DNA from: Catajapyx aquilonaris
Taxonomy: Eukaryota
Assembly (NCBI GenBank): GCA_000934665.2
Contig: KZ538944.1
Location: 1 to 39,217, forward strand
DNA: 39,217 nucleotides
Direction of reading: 5' to 3'
Within the stretch, counting starts at the first letter, position 1, and each line of letters opens with the position of its first letter. The translations under genes and the position numbers were made by a program. The notes under the pieces are model-generated. The model saw nothing but the letters and a program-made list of their open reading frames with translations. It was not told the DNA's origin and did no database searches. Shown in pieces: positions 11,501 to 23,600 of the stretch.

Positions 11501-14500
11501 AGAGGTTGTATAGTGTATCGCGGTAATCAAGGATGATTGGTGTTGAGTGCATGTTGGCAGCCCGGCGAATAAGGAGGAGGAATGAGACGCAGTCACAGGT
11601 GATGTTGGCACCAGTAGTTAGATCCTTTTGACAGACTCAATTGCGCATTAGGCTAAGTGAGAATGATCAAGTCCATGCAGCAACAATGAGCGTGGCAATC
11701 GGCGCATTGTTAGTGGTGCTCGTTAGGTCGTCGCCGCCGCTTAAATCCGATCCAATGAGCCGTTTCCGGTCGCCTTTGTAATGTCCTCCCTCCCTCCCCC
11801 TTAGCTGCCACCATCACCTCGTCTCTTACACACACATTTGATAACAGAGATTTGAAACAATTGATTGTTCCCAGGCTGATGGGACATTAATTGGAGTTGA
11901 TGCAGCTGACCCCTGAGCCTTGTGGTCGTGACCAATCGTGTGCGGAACTGGCAGCCAGATGATGCTCATGGCTTTCATGGGTTGCCTAATGGCTTCGTCA
12001 AGGATCATGTCCAATGACGACTTGCTTTCAGAACTGCCTGACTACTTGTCTGACCACTCTGCATCAACGGAACTCGACTCCGATGGGAAATATCTGGTGT
12101 CCGTTCTAACCACCACCGCACCGGGGTAAGAAGCCAGAGAGCCGATTGGTGCTGCCCGCGCATGACCAGTAGAGAAATGGGCGTGGTCGTATTTCCAACG
12201 TTGCCACATTCACACCGCCCTTTGACGACTTCCATGCACAGTTTGGCACCTGGAGTGCAATCATTGGCCGTCGGAACTGGAACACACATAGCCTGAGAAC
12301 ATGCGTGCGTGTGTAGCCAGGGGTGTATGTGCGTGGTTAAAAGAGAGGTTGAGGAGTGTCCCAGTGCCCGTAGCCGCTTATCGATGCTTCTTGTAAAAAT
12401 AGTCTGCACGTAATTGTGCGACTTGTGCGAGGGAGGAGTCCTTTGGCCCGCTTCCAGCCTTTATCGAGGATGGCCTGCTCAAGATATGTGCGACGATATG
12501 CGAGGCAGCCTTTTTCTGCAGCCATACCGCTCGATAGCTAATTGGCATCGCCGGTACGTGTAATACAAGCCCCGACCTCACGGAGTGTGTCGGTACAGCA
12601 AGATGTCATCCAAGATTTATCGGCGTATTTACAGATTATTTTTTTTCTTCTTCTTCTTCCATGGTCGTCTCTATAGATTGCTCCGTGTCCAAATGGTTGC
12701 GGGCAGTGTTGCCATACCGCGTTCTAGAAGATGAGAACCGCCTTTTGATTAGAGTGCAATGGACTCAAGTAATGGTTGTTACCGTCGTTTCGGAGCTAAA
12801 TAGGGCTTCATTGAGGAGTGATTTTCCTCCCTGGTTGCTAGTGGGCTAATTCGATCATCATTGATGGCTGTGACGCCGATAGCCCTGTCCAACCCCCTCT
12901 TTTCTTCCGGTGCTTCAGTCGGGTCGAAGGGAGGGCTGTTGGGAAGTTGCGCAAATTGACTCTACTCCACGCTGTCTCCTAACAGCTGCCGTGTGACGTT
13001 GTATCCTTACGGTGTGCCCCGCTAAGACTCTATTCTTCATTTACGCTACTTGTTTCCTGCCTGATCACCTATTAACCGCTATGCTGTCACTCAACGGATG
13101 TACAGTAGCTGAAGTTGTGGTGGTGGTGGGGGGGGGGGGGGGAATACCAGGGGGTTACATCTAACAGCTGGCTACCTGGTTCATAATTGCATTTTAAACG
13201 ATGCGAATTTTTATTTTTTATTTTAAATTTCGAATAGGACTACATTGTGCGAGTGTATACCGGTGTGGTTTTTGCACACAACGGTGTGGATTGGAGGTAT
13301 TATGCATGCGTATGTTTTTTTAGCCGCAAACAGTAGTCGGAACATAAGCCTATTAGCGGGTAGGCGGGATAGATGAGGAGCGCTTACATCATGCCCGGAT
13401 TATCATAGTTCAAACTCATTAACTAGAAAGAATAAGTGACCGGCTGGTAATAGGATTAGGACAATCATGTGTGTGTACTCCGTCACGGGATGGTGTCGGT
13501 ATAAAAATTTGTCATTAGTGATTTTGCTGGCAGGCACTGCTGCGATAGACCCTGGCTGGGTAAGTCTAATTTATTCGCGGGCCATTCCAGAGCTCGTTCT
13601 CCGCCTGCTTGAGTCCAAATCAAAAGTTTAGAACCTATCCAAGTCCCCCACACCTCAACCTGAAGGCTTCCCCAACATACCTCCGGTGGCAGCAGAGAAA
13701 CTCGCCATGTACTTGTCAGTGGCCGTAATTGAGTTGCATTATTTACCGGAGAAGGCGAACCTTCCGGCCGCATAATTGAATTCTTGAAAACCGTGCGCGT
13801 TAGACGTCGGTGGGGGAAGGAGGGGATGGGAGTTTGGGGCTCAAGAGGTTCGCTCCCCACGTCACCTCAAACTCCAGGCCTAACACTATGTACGGGGGGA
13901 ATCAGGCCGATAGATGGCGGTGGGGAGGAAAGCCCTCTAGGGGCTGCCAGGGGAGAGAATCTGACCTAACCTAAACATATGGGGCAAATTGTATACAAAT
14001 TTTTTAATATTAAAATTAGCAGGTGGCAGAACCTGACCTAACCAAGTTGTCGGATTGAACAGGTTTTACAGGCGACAATAGGGCACGAGACCTTATTCAA
14101 AGAAGGGGTCACCACACTTTGCAAGTCCTTTTCCCTCGAATGGGATCCGCACATTATTCAAAGAAGGGTCAGGGATGGTAAGGAAAGGGGTTGTCCACGT
14201 GCCGACAATTTTTTTTAAAGAGGCGGGTACCTTCCCAACAATTTGCATGACAAGAGTACGGTTTGGCACACACTCCTTAGGGTCTGCATGTGTACAAGTG
14301 TTCTCCCCAAGCAGGTTCATGGCAACGATTCCTCTTGCACCCTGATGTCTGGCGCGTACTTTGTGAGGACAGGAAGTAGAGTAGGAAGGAAAGAGAGGGG
14401 GGGTGGAAATATTACTAAAGCAAGCCATCAAATATGCATGAAGCCCTGACGCGGCCAAAATGAAGTCAAGAGCTACACGGCTGGTGGAAAAAAAAAGAAG

Positions 14501-17066
14501 AGAGAAGTTCTAGCTTCTCAGCTTCATCTAGGGGAAGATGTGGGGAGGTTGTGGTAAGGGAGGGTCCATATTAGAACCCCCCAAAATTTCGCTCGACTTT
14601 TTTTTCCCCCAACCTCCTTGTGCGGTACTTCCCGTATATTTCATTAGGGATAGAAGAAAGGCGTCGGCTCGATGGAGTCTAGGGGAGGGGAAGAAACAGC
14701 CAGGAATATTCGATTGGAACGATATGCCTGTTTCCAACCCTCAAAACTTGGTACGCACATTTGTGAATAAAATGTGGCGCGTAACACCGATATTGTTGTA
14801 ATACGAATGTGGCAAGTTTTTAGGGAAGGTACGGTATGCAAATTTGTGTGTGTGCAAATCAATGCGGAGTAAATATTTTGTTAATTTTTATGCCGGTTTT
14901 ATCTCGAGAGCGGCCGGGTGGCTTATCGTAAATGCAGACCTGCTGTGCGAAACACGCGATACCCTTGCAATAATCAAGTCGGACGATACTGATCAACAAT
15001 CGCGATCGATCCTATGTGGGCTGGTAACATCAGGCGCTAATTAAGTTTCCATATAGACCTAATGTGTACCTAGCCCTGTACAGGTGGTGGTACACTCTCT
15101 AAAAGACTAGATAAAGTGATGGGTCCTTGATTTGGACGCTATCTGAGACCAAGTTTGGTACAGTTAATGCGCGCTAATGACGTGATGGGTGCCGGGAGGG
15201 GTGAATCATTCCCTCTTAGCCAAGGCTGGATTTTGAAAGCAAGCGGGTGCGGGAGAGATTTATGTGCACAAGAGTCGTTTCCCAGTGGTGGGGCCGCAAG
15301 AGGGGAACAAGATGCACGTTTTTTTTTTGGTTTGTACCCTACAGTGTTGCCATACTGGGGAAATAGTGCGGGACAGGCTACCGGCCTCGCCAACATTTTG
15401 GCAAACTTGACCGTCAAAGTTTGTGGGAGTTTGCCAAGAAAGTCCGTACGTTTCTGCTATATAAACAGGTGTAAATTTGCTGGGTGGAATCAAACAGATT
15501 GATGGAAGGGGGCTATGGTTGTCCTCCGGTGTCACGCTTCTTGTTAGCGTGCAGAAATGATCAGAATGGCGATGGATGGTGCAACGTGTGAGGCTTGTAC
15601 CTGTCTCACGACGATGCAGAAAACTTTCTAATCAGACGGGGCAGACAGGCCGTGCATGTTAGTGCCATAAAGCGGTCCCAATTAACCGAGTGTTGGTGTG
15701 AATGCAGCCTCATGCTTATAGAACGGGAGGGGCAGACCACCACCACCTTTAGCCCCGGGAGAGAACTCGGCCCACGCCGTCCTAATCACTTTGCAGATAG
15801 AACTGAATTGCGGTTACAGCTGTTTGCCCACTTCACCACCTCGTCTTTGGGATGACGATAGCAGATCCGGCTCTTGGACGGAAAAACTCTGGTTGGTTAT
15901 GCAAAGTGTTCTGCTGTGTTAGCAAACCGTACTTCAAGTGCAGGCAAAGATGTCAACAAACTACGAACATGAAAGGACGGGGGTTTACATAACATGTGAA
16001 GAGGTTTTTTTTTGACGGTAGAAATCAATGACCGTTTGTGGCGGTACGGTCGAATTCGGTCTGTAGTTATGCTGCCTGTTGTAGAACTGCACGTTTTCCG
16101 GCTTTTATGGCAGGGAAAACAGGCATGTAACCTTTCGAGATCAATAGTGACATGGGGTTTACACTGGCGTTGTTGTCTTTGGATTTAGGACCGCATTGAC
16201 CCAGCAACGACCAAAAGCTAAAGACAAACGACGCTCCTATATGAACCTATGAGTATACCAATAACTGTGACTATTATAATAGTTATAACAACTATTATTG
16301 TATTAGTGCATATATGTCAATTAGAACAATTTGAGCTAATTTATGATTCGACAGTGTCTGACATTGTGTTGATAAGATTAGCCGTACCTTCTGGAATCGG
16401 CACTAACAGCAGCAGGACACGTCCAATATTCTTGATCATTTCTGTGCAAACTGCGATAAGCTTGCGTCATCTGCTGTAGTTAGCTACCCCCCAGCCATAT
16501 AGCCAAAAGCGTATTAAGTGACAAAAAAAAGTGGGGGGAGGAGGTAGGGCACATTTGCGGTGAAATAATGATCATTAAATCACGCAGCCAAGTTGGGGGA
16601 GGTTTATGTCCTGCTTGTTTGGCTGTGAGGGCAAACAAACTGGACCGCCATCATTCTTCCGGAGTGGTGACTGCGAAGTGGGGGTGGGTTGGGTGAACTA
16701 CGGTGGGGGGAAAAAAAAGAAAGAGGGAAAAAAATGGAGGAAAGGGCCGGATCTGCGGCTCTAAGTCCGGGTTAGTGGGAAAGTCATCTACCTGTCGTGG
16801 AGGCGGCGCCTTATCCGGCAGCTTGTGAGCAGCATCTCCGCCAAGCAAGATTACCTCTCCCTCCCCTAGTCCCTACCACCTCCTTCAAAAAATAGTGGGA
16901 AGTGGGAATTTGGCTTGTAGTGGAGCAGTTTGAATGGCCCTTTTTATGGCGCCCTTTTATTATGTTTTGTCATCGTTTGGAGGCATTGTGCTTGCTTCTG
17001 GGTATGGCGATGGTGAGCTCAGCACCCACAAACCCACGTCTAATTAGGCTGAGATTTTGTGAGAAA

Positions 17067-17146
17067 ATGTCGATACGGTACTGTATGTACAAAAATATCG
17101 ATACAGTACTGTATGTACAAGATGTCAATATGATACTGTAAATACA
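17067..17146. repeat. Degenerate minisatellite, about 3 x 27-28 bp
   Basis: atgtcgatacggtactgtatgtacaaaa / atatcgatacagtactgtatgtacaag / atgtcaatatgatactgtaaatac. Confidence 0.8.
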
Positions 17147-20100
17147 TACTGCCATAATATTTTGAAGAAAAAGTTTTTTTTTTCTCCCAAAAAATGGTGG
17201 TTGTTGGAAGCTATAGTCTGGTGGAGAACAAGGTTGTTGGGAGGGCAAAAAGAAGTTGAAAGTGCTTGTAAACATAATAATGGGTTAGACCTATTTCAGG
17301 GGGGGAAAAGCATGGAGGGATGGGGAAATGAGGGGGCCTAGAATAGGAAGCGAGAAAAATGACAAGGGTGAGTTTGTGAGAAATCCTGCCAAGATGATGG
17401 GACACAATTTCCTTCCTGCAATTGCATTACTTTCTTGTCTCGTCGGGTAATTATATGGGAAGACGGAGCGGAACTTAGCCGCTGATTAACTTTGTGGGGA
17501 AAAGTGATGGGGGGACTTGTTCTTGGTTCCTTGGGCGAGCGTCGCCCCGAGTAAATTGGACAACCCACCCTGCATGCAGCCACATTTGCATACTGGTGTA
17601 TAGGCCGGCAATTTTTTTCCCCCTCTTCATCTCTTGTGTCGTTCCCCATTTTTCGCCCTACGTATTTTTTTTTCTCTCCCTTCGTACAGATGAGGGCTTT
17701 GCCATTGAATTTCTAATACATGGGCTTGTAATTTGCATGGAGGAATCGATAAGGTTGCGGTCTGAGGTTGGGGAGCTTGGCGAACATGGCGGGGATTAGG
17801 ACTATCAAGAGTGATTTGCCACATAGCCCCCCTCTATTCTTCCCTACCGAAGGCCATCTAGATATTGTATGGAATCGGCCATTTCCTTAAAGAGGGTCTG
17901 TAATCGAGATGGGGGCACATATACGCGGTCGACCCCACCAAACACAACTGGGAAACTATCTCTTAGCTATTGATTCGCCCTTCCTTCAAATGCATGTGTG
18001 GCTTATCTATTGATCCGAATATTAGTCCTGAAACGTCATTTCTGCTGGTTGCCCACATTGGCGCCACTCATTATACGTTTGTCTTCGTACAGATGTTTGT
18101 CTTCAAAAAGTCCCAGTAAAATATGGGTTATTCTGTTTATTTTTAGATGGTTATAACCAGTGCTGGTTACGTAAGCGGTAGGAATGCTGGGAACTTTTAT
18201 TGGAAAGTGTGAGTTACGTAAGGATGCACTCTTGCCAAATGAGCTGGCTTCGTTAATGACTCACGGATTTATTTCGAACGTGCAAAGATCTTTCAAAGCT
18301 GCTTATCAGAGGACCCTTCCAAGCCATACACAATACCCGTGGAAAAAAAAAAGTTGAAAGGAGTATTCCTCCCCCTTATTCATTGGGTGCTTCTATTCCC
18401 CTCTCTTGTTTTGGCGGCCCCGTGATTATTTCCATTTGAGACTAATTTATCGATTAATAGTCGTTTCTCCCTGGGAGGATCAAAAGGACGGGCTTGGGGA
18501 GGATTGGAGCCCATCCAGATTGAGAAAACGTCACTTGACTCTCATTACGGTATTACTCATCAGGTCCGCGGGATATATACACTGCGAATCATTTCCCTTT
18601 TCTGCACTCGCAGTCAATTTACCCTGGAGCTGTGGGGAAAAAGTTGAGCATTTTCTGGTGCGAAGTGCGGGAAAACGATGCCTTTTCCACTTAAAAGTGT
18701 AAAATCTGCATTTTACATTAAAAATGGTGATCTCTAATGAGTGATCGCACTCGAATTTTTATCATATTAAAAACAGAAAAAAATCAGAATATTTGGAATA
18801 TATGTGGAAATTCTTGTGATTTCTCAGGAAACATTTGCACATATTGCGTTTATTACCATCGCTTCTACGGATAGAAAATTATTCCTGTTGTTTACTGCAT
18901 GAGTCTCGGGAACGACAACCCCGAATAAGTGGTTGATTCTTATTATTGATTAGCATATTGTTACCGAAGTGAATAACTTGTTCTGGACTTATCAGTCATA
19001 CGTGCTTTGAAGAGAAATGTTCTGTACATAGGAAAATATTGCCATCTACAGTATATATCCTTCCAAGTCTCGACAATGAAAATATTCGATTTTGTCGAAT
19101 ACCTATGTGCATAATAATTTTTCCTGCGCTTTTCCAGAAAATGCTAGAACTTTTGTCCCATTTGCCCTCCTAGAAAAGTGCTTGGAATGACCATTTGGAG
19201 GGGGGCAATTAGTTGCGTATATGGCGTGGATTGGCGGTCAGGTAGGAATTAAGACCCGAATGGACGTTGGCGAGATCGATGGGCGTGCGTGATATTTGTG
19301 CGTGGAGACGTTCGAGAGAAAGAAAACCATTCGTCATTGGTTGTGGAATGAAGGAGCCTATCCGCACGCTTCACCTTGCTCTAATTGCAGCCTTGGAGCC
19401 GCCTGTGATTTGGCCTCCTAGTAAGGCGGCCGCCAGAAAATGACGGTGGGAAATAAAAGTATAGGAAGGAAATAAGCTGCTTTCGAACCCAACTCACCTG
19501 CTCTGCTTCGGCTATAATTATGCGCATTGTTGCACCACTTTTTATCCCACCATTATCTTCCCTTTGTCGATACGTGCCAAAATAGTGCTGGCTTTTGGCC
19601 AGGAGTGTCATATAGTAGAGCAACAGCCTGTGTTTTTGCATGAAATGCGTTCTCTAGATGGGGGGAAACCGAAATCGTAACTCCCCCCTCTCCTACTAGC
19701 CCGGGTCCATTTTTATTTTCATGAGTCCGGGGCCATGTTGCGGGGCTTCCAACCCTCCTCCTCCACAAACGTATACAGCGGTGTCAGCATAGTTATCGTG
19801 ATTGATAGAGTCCGCCATCTGGTTCCGGCCAACAGCAAAAGGCGATCGCATGCCATCTCTTCCAAACGCTCGTTTTTTTTTTAAGGAACCATATTTGATG
19901 GTACTACACTGCTTTATTTGACCCGATTTGGAGACATCTGCGTAATATTTTAGTTATTACTGGTCCGTTGGCGTAAGTACATTAATTGCTTGAGATTGTT
20001 CTCTAGCTGAGACGTCGGTTGGGCATAGGCGATAAATCAGCAATCTATACAGCCACATTGGAAGTGCCTTTCCACATGGCCATAATAATTCTTGGGATAT

Positions 20101-20562
20101 TTTGAATTAGCTTATCGGGTCGGCTAGGAATATTTCTCTCCCCCTCGAAGCTCGGCCACGTTTTTCTTTTCCCCCGCGTATCCAATGTTGGGGAGTAATT
20201 GCAGGTACGTGGCTTTGTCTTCACCTTTTTACGACAAGTCGTGTGGTGCTTAGAGTGCGATAGGGCTATTCATTACTCCAGAACTTATCTGCCCTGGCGA
20301 GGAGTGAAAAAAGTTTTTGACACGCTCATTGCTTTTGAAATGAAGAACGTGCCGGTCTTCATAATAGGCTATTGCTCGTAATGGTAGTTTTACGGGGATT
20401 TGTTGCGTCCAGAAGGAACATCTTTTCTTTCTATTGTGATTAAAAAGTTGCGTCATAGGGGGAGGCAGTTATATTTCCGAGAGTATTCATTGTTCGTTGT
20501 CATAATTCTGATTGGCGACAATTAACCGTTTGTTGTGTTCTCTCTCCCCGTCCACTTTGCAG

Positions 20563-20611
20563 AAAGGCTCCGGCGGCGCAGGCAGCATGTGAGGGCTGGT
20601 GAGGCGAGGTC
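20563..20611 (+). other. zfh2: 5' UTR portion of the first coding exon, downstream of a strong splice acceptor
   Basis: Branch-like ATTAAC at 20521, tract tgttctctctccccgtccactttgcag with AG at 20561-20562. An in-frame stop before the ATG shows this stretch is non-coding in the main frame. Confidence 0.8.
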
Positions 20612-23600
20612 ATGGACGTGTCCGTCGCCATGTCCACCCCCGCCGGCGACCAGCAGCAGCAGAAGCAGCAGGACCAGCAGGCGTCCCCGCCGGTTGCAAC
20701 CGCAATAGAAGGCGGAGGCATCGGCGGCGGCGGTTGCAGCGACAGCAGCGTCGCCAGCAGTCGAGAAAGGAGAAGAAGGAGGAGGAGAAGAAGCAGAAGT
20801 AGCAGCAGCAGCGGAAGCAGTAGAAGCAGCAGCAGCAGCCTCGGAGCCCCGGAGTCCACCAGAATTCTTACCACAATTCCCTCGCCTACCACCACCGCCA
20901 CTACCACCTCTCCCTCCGTCGCAGCAGCAACAACCACCACCACCACCACTTCCTTTGTTGCCTCTTCACCTACCCAACCGGACTCTTCTCTCCTCAAGAT
21001 GAGCCCCGAGACCACCGAGCTGGTGGATTCCTCGCCCCTGGGCAGTGGCCCCGAGGCGGAGACGCCCGCCAAAGCCATCTTGAGGATGAACATGTCCAAC
21101 AGCAGCAGCAGCGGCAGCAGTCCCGTGAAGAGCAGTCAGCATCAGCTGGTCAAGAGCCCAAACAACAACGGTGCTGCGAGTGGTATGAAGAGTTCCTGTG
21201 GGGCCAGCAACAATGGCAGCGGCAACAGCGTGATGAGGGCGGTGCTGACGGAGAACGAGAGGACGACGACGACGGGGAGTCCGAAGGCGGATGGAGGCGG
21301 GTCGGAGTCGACGAGCGACGTGGAAAAGTTCGACGGCAAGATCCTGTACAATCCGGACGGCTCGGCGTACATCATAGAAGACAGTGAGCTGAGTGACGAG
21401 GAAGCGAGCCTGGACCTGCCCCAACTGGAGGGCTGCATTGTTGACGGTCGGGGAGTGAGTTTGTCGCAGCTGCAGGTGATTCCCCAGATCGCCAACGCCT
21501 TCTACGTCTCCCGGAACCCCTCCCTTTACAGTGCCCTCTATGGCCAGGCCTACGCGAACATGCTGCAAGACAAGAAAATAGTTCCTGAAGTTCCCATTAT
21601 GCACAGTTACAGGGTCTACACCGTTCGTGATAAATCTGGTGATAGTGATGGCAGAGAGGACGGCAAGAACTCGAACGCCAACGGCAAAGCGAGTGATTCG
21701 AACGACAAGTCCAAAGTTCCCATGGTAGATTATTCCTCGGTTCCAATCAAGCCGATTCTCATGTGCTTTATATGTAAACTGTCCTTTGGTTATGCAAAGT
21801 CTTTTGTGGCCCACGCCATGGGCGATCACAACCTAGTTCTCACCGAGGAAGAGAAAGACATCCTCAGCCAGAAGAACACGTCGGCCATCATTCAGTGCGT
21901 GGGCAAGGACAAGGAGCCGCTAGTGTCTTTTCTCGAACCCATATCGCCCGTAGTGACCTCGGGGAAGGCGGCGATGAGCTGCACGGGGCAGCCCTCGCTG
22001 TTCGGCCCATCGGCCAAGGGGTCAACGCCGACCTCCTCGGTGGCCTCCGTCTCCGGAGTCGCTACGACTGCTCAGTCTGTTCCTAAGGACCAACTACGGG
22101 TCCTCTCCAGCAGCTCCTTGGGGCTGCTCGCTCAAGACTCGCACCATCACTTCGGATCCTTCGGGGCCGAAGAATCTGTTCCGGACGAAGATGGCGGCGG
22201 CGGTGGTGGTAGCAGTGGCGGCGACGGAGGAATGTGCGGCGTTGCTGGTGTGGACAACATCAGCTCAACGGAGGGAGCTCGAAGCCACCACCATGTTGGA
22301 GCCAACAACAATAGCAGAACCTCCCCTTCCTCCACCTCGTCCATGGGACTCCCCTTGGGTGGTAGTAGTAGTGGCGGGGGCACCAACCTCCAGCACCACA
22401 ACCTCCAACAGCACCACCAACTGCACCAGTCGCACCATCCCCACCTACTTGCTTCTCACTACCACCACAATACCCACCACCACCACCAACAAAACCCACA
22501 CCACGGAGGAAGGGGTGTAGAAGCTGCCTCTCCTTCCGGGAAGAACAGCTCGTGCAGCCCCGGAGCCAGCAGCGTAGTGGACCTCAGCTGGAAAACACCA
22601 TGCGGGAGGAGCAGCGTCAGCCCCGGGGCCAGCGCCAGTCCATCCCCGGTGGCGGCCACTGGGAGCCCTCCCTCGATGTTTGCGTCCCAGCAGCACCAAC
22701 AGCAGCAGCAGCACCAACAGCAGCCGCCCAACTTTTTAACCGGAACGACAATCGGGGTGTGTCCGGAGCACATGAACGGGCGTCCCAGCGGGGTCGAATG
22801 CGCCAAGTGCGAACTGATCCTAAACTCATCTCGCCTTGGCGGACTGGCCGGGTTGCATTCCCGCAACTCGTGCAAGACCCTCAAGTGTCCCAAGTGCAAC
22901 TGGCACTACAAGTACCAGGAGACGCTGGAGATCCATATGAAGGAGAAGCACCCCGAGAACGAGACCTCGTGCATCTACTGCATTGCTGGACAGCCCCATC
23001 CCAGGTTGGCCAGGGGCGAGACGTACACCTGCGGGTACAAGCCGTACCGCTGCGAGGTGTGCAACTACTCCACCACCACCAAAGGCAACCTGAGTATCCA
23101 CATGCAGTCGGACAAGCACCTGAACAACATGCAGGAGCTGCAGAACGGCGGCGTGCCCACCTCCGAGAGCGTACAGCACGCCTCGCCGCACAAGGGCCTG
23201 TCCATGGGCAGCTCCCTGAGTCCATCCGCAGCCGCAGCCGCCGCGGCCGCAGCAGCAGCGGCGGCGGTGGTGCAGGTGTCCCAACCCAACCCCAAGCCCA
23301 AACCCACTTTCCGGTGCGACGTGTGCAATTACGAGACCAACGTGGCTCGCAACCTGCGGATCCACATGACCAGCGAAAAGCACACGCACAACATGATGGT
23401 GCTGCAGCAGAACGTCAAGCACATGCAGCACCTGAGTGCGCTGCAGCAGGCGCAAAGCCAGCTCAACTTTGACTCGCTGCAGTTTCATCCCGGGCTGGGG
23501 GTCGGGGTCGCGGGGATGGGAGGCGACAAACCTCCGCAGCATCCCGAGGCCGCCCTGGCAGACATGGCCTACAACCAGGCCCTGTTGATCCAGATGATGA

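Noticed and set aside
13961..14045. CTGACCTAACC repeated twice, resembling (TTAGG)n telomeric or Helitron-associated motifs
   Set aside because: Only 1-2 CCTAA units each; no termini, hairpin or target-site duplication to support an element.
17067..17146. CRISPR-like 28-bp palindromic repeats
   Set aside because: No spacers, units are adjacent and degenerate, eukaryotic intron context, no cas genes.
20199..20210. TTGCAG|GTACGT as a second ratchet point
   Set aside because: No pyrimidine tract directly upstream of the AG and only about 350 nt from the real acceptor; at most a cryptic donor.
4331..20456. Numerous 60-135 aa ORFs on both strands in the long upstream intron
   Set aside because: No domain similarity, no codon bias, no transposase or reverse transcriptase motifs; consistent with random ORFs.
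22552..23472. 306-aa alternative-frame sense ORF
   Set aside because: No true ATG at its start, Arg/Ala/Pro/Gly-rich composition typical of off-frame GC-rich codons, and it overlaps conserved zinc fingers.
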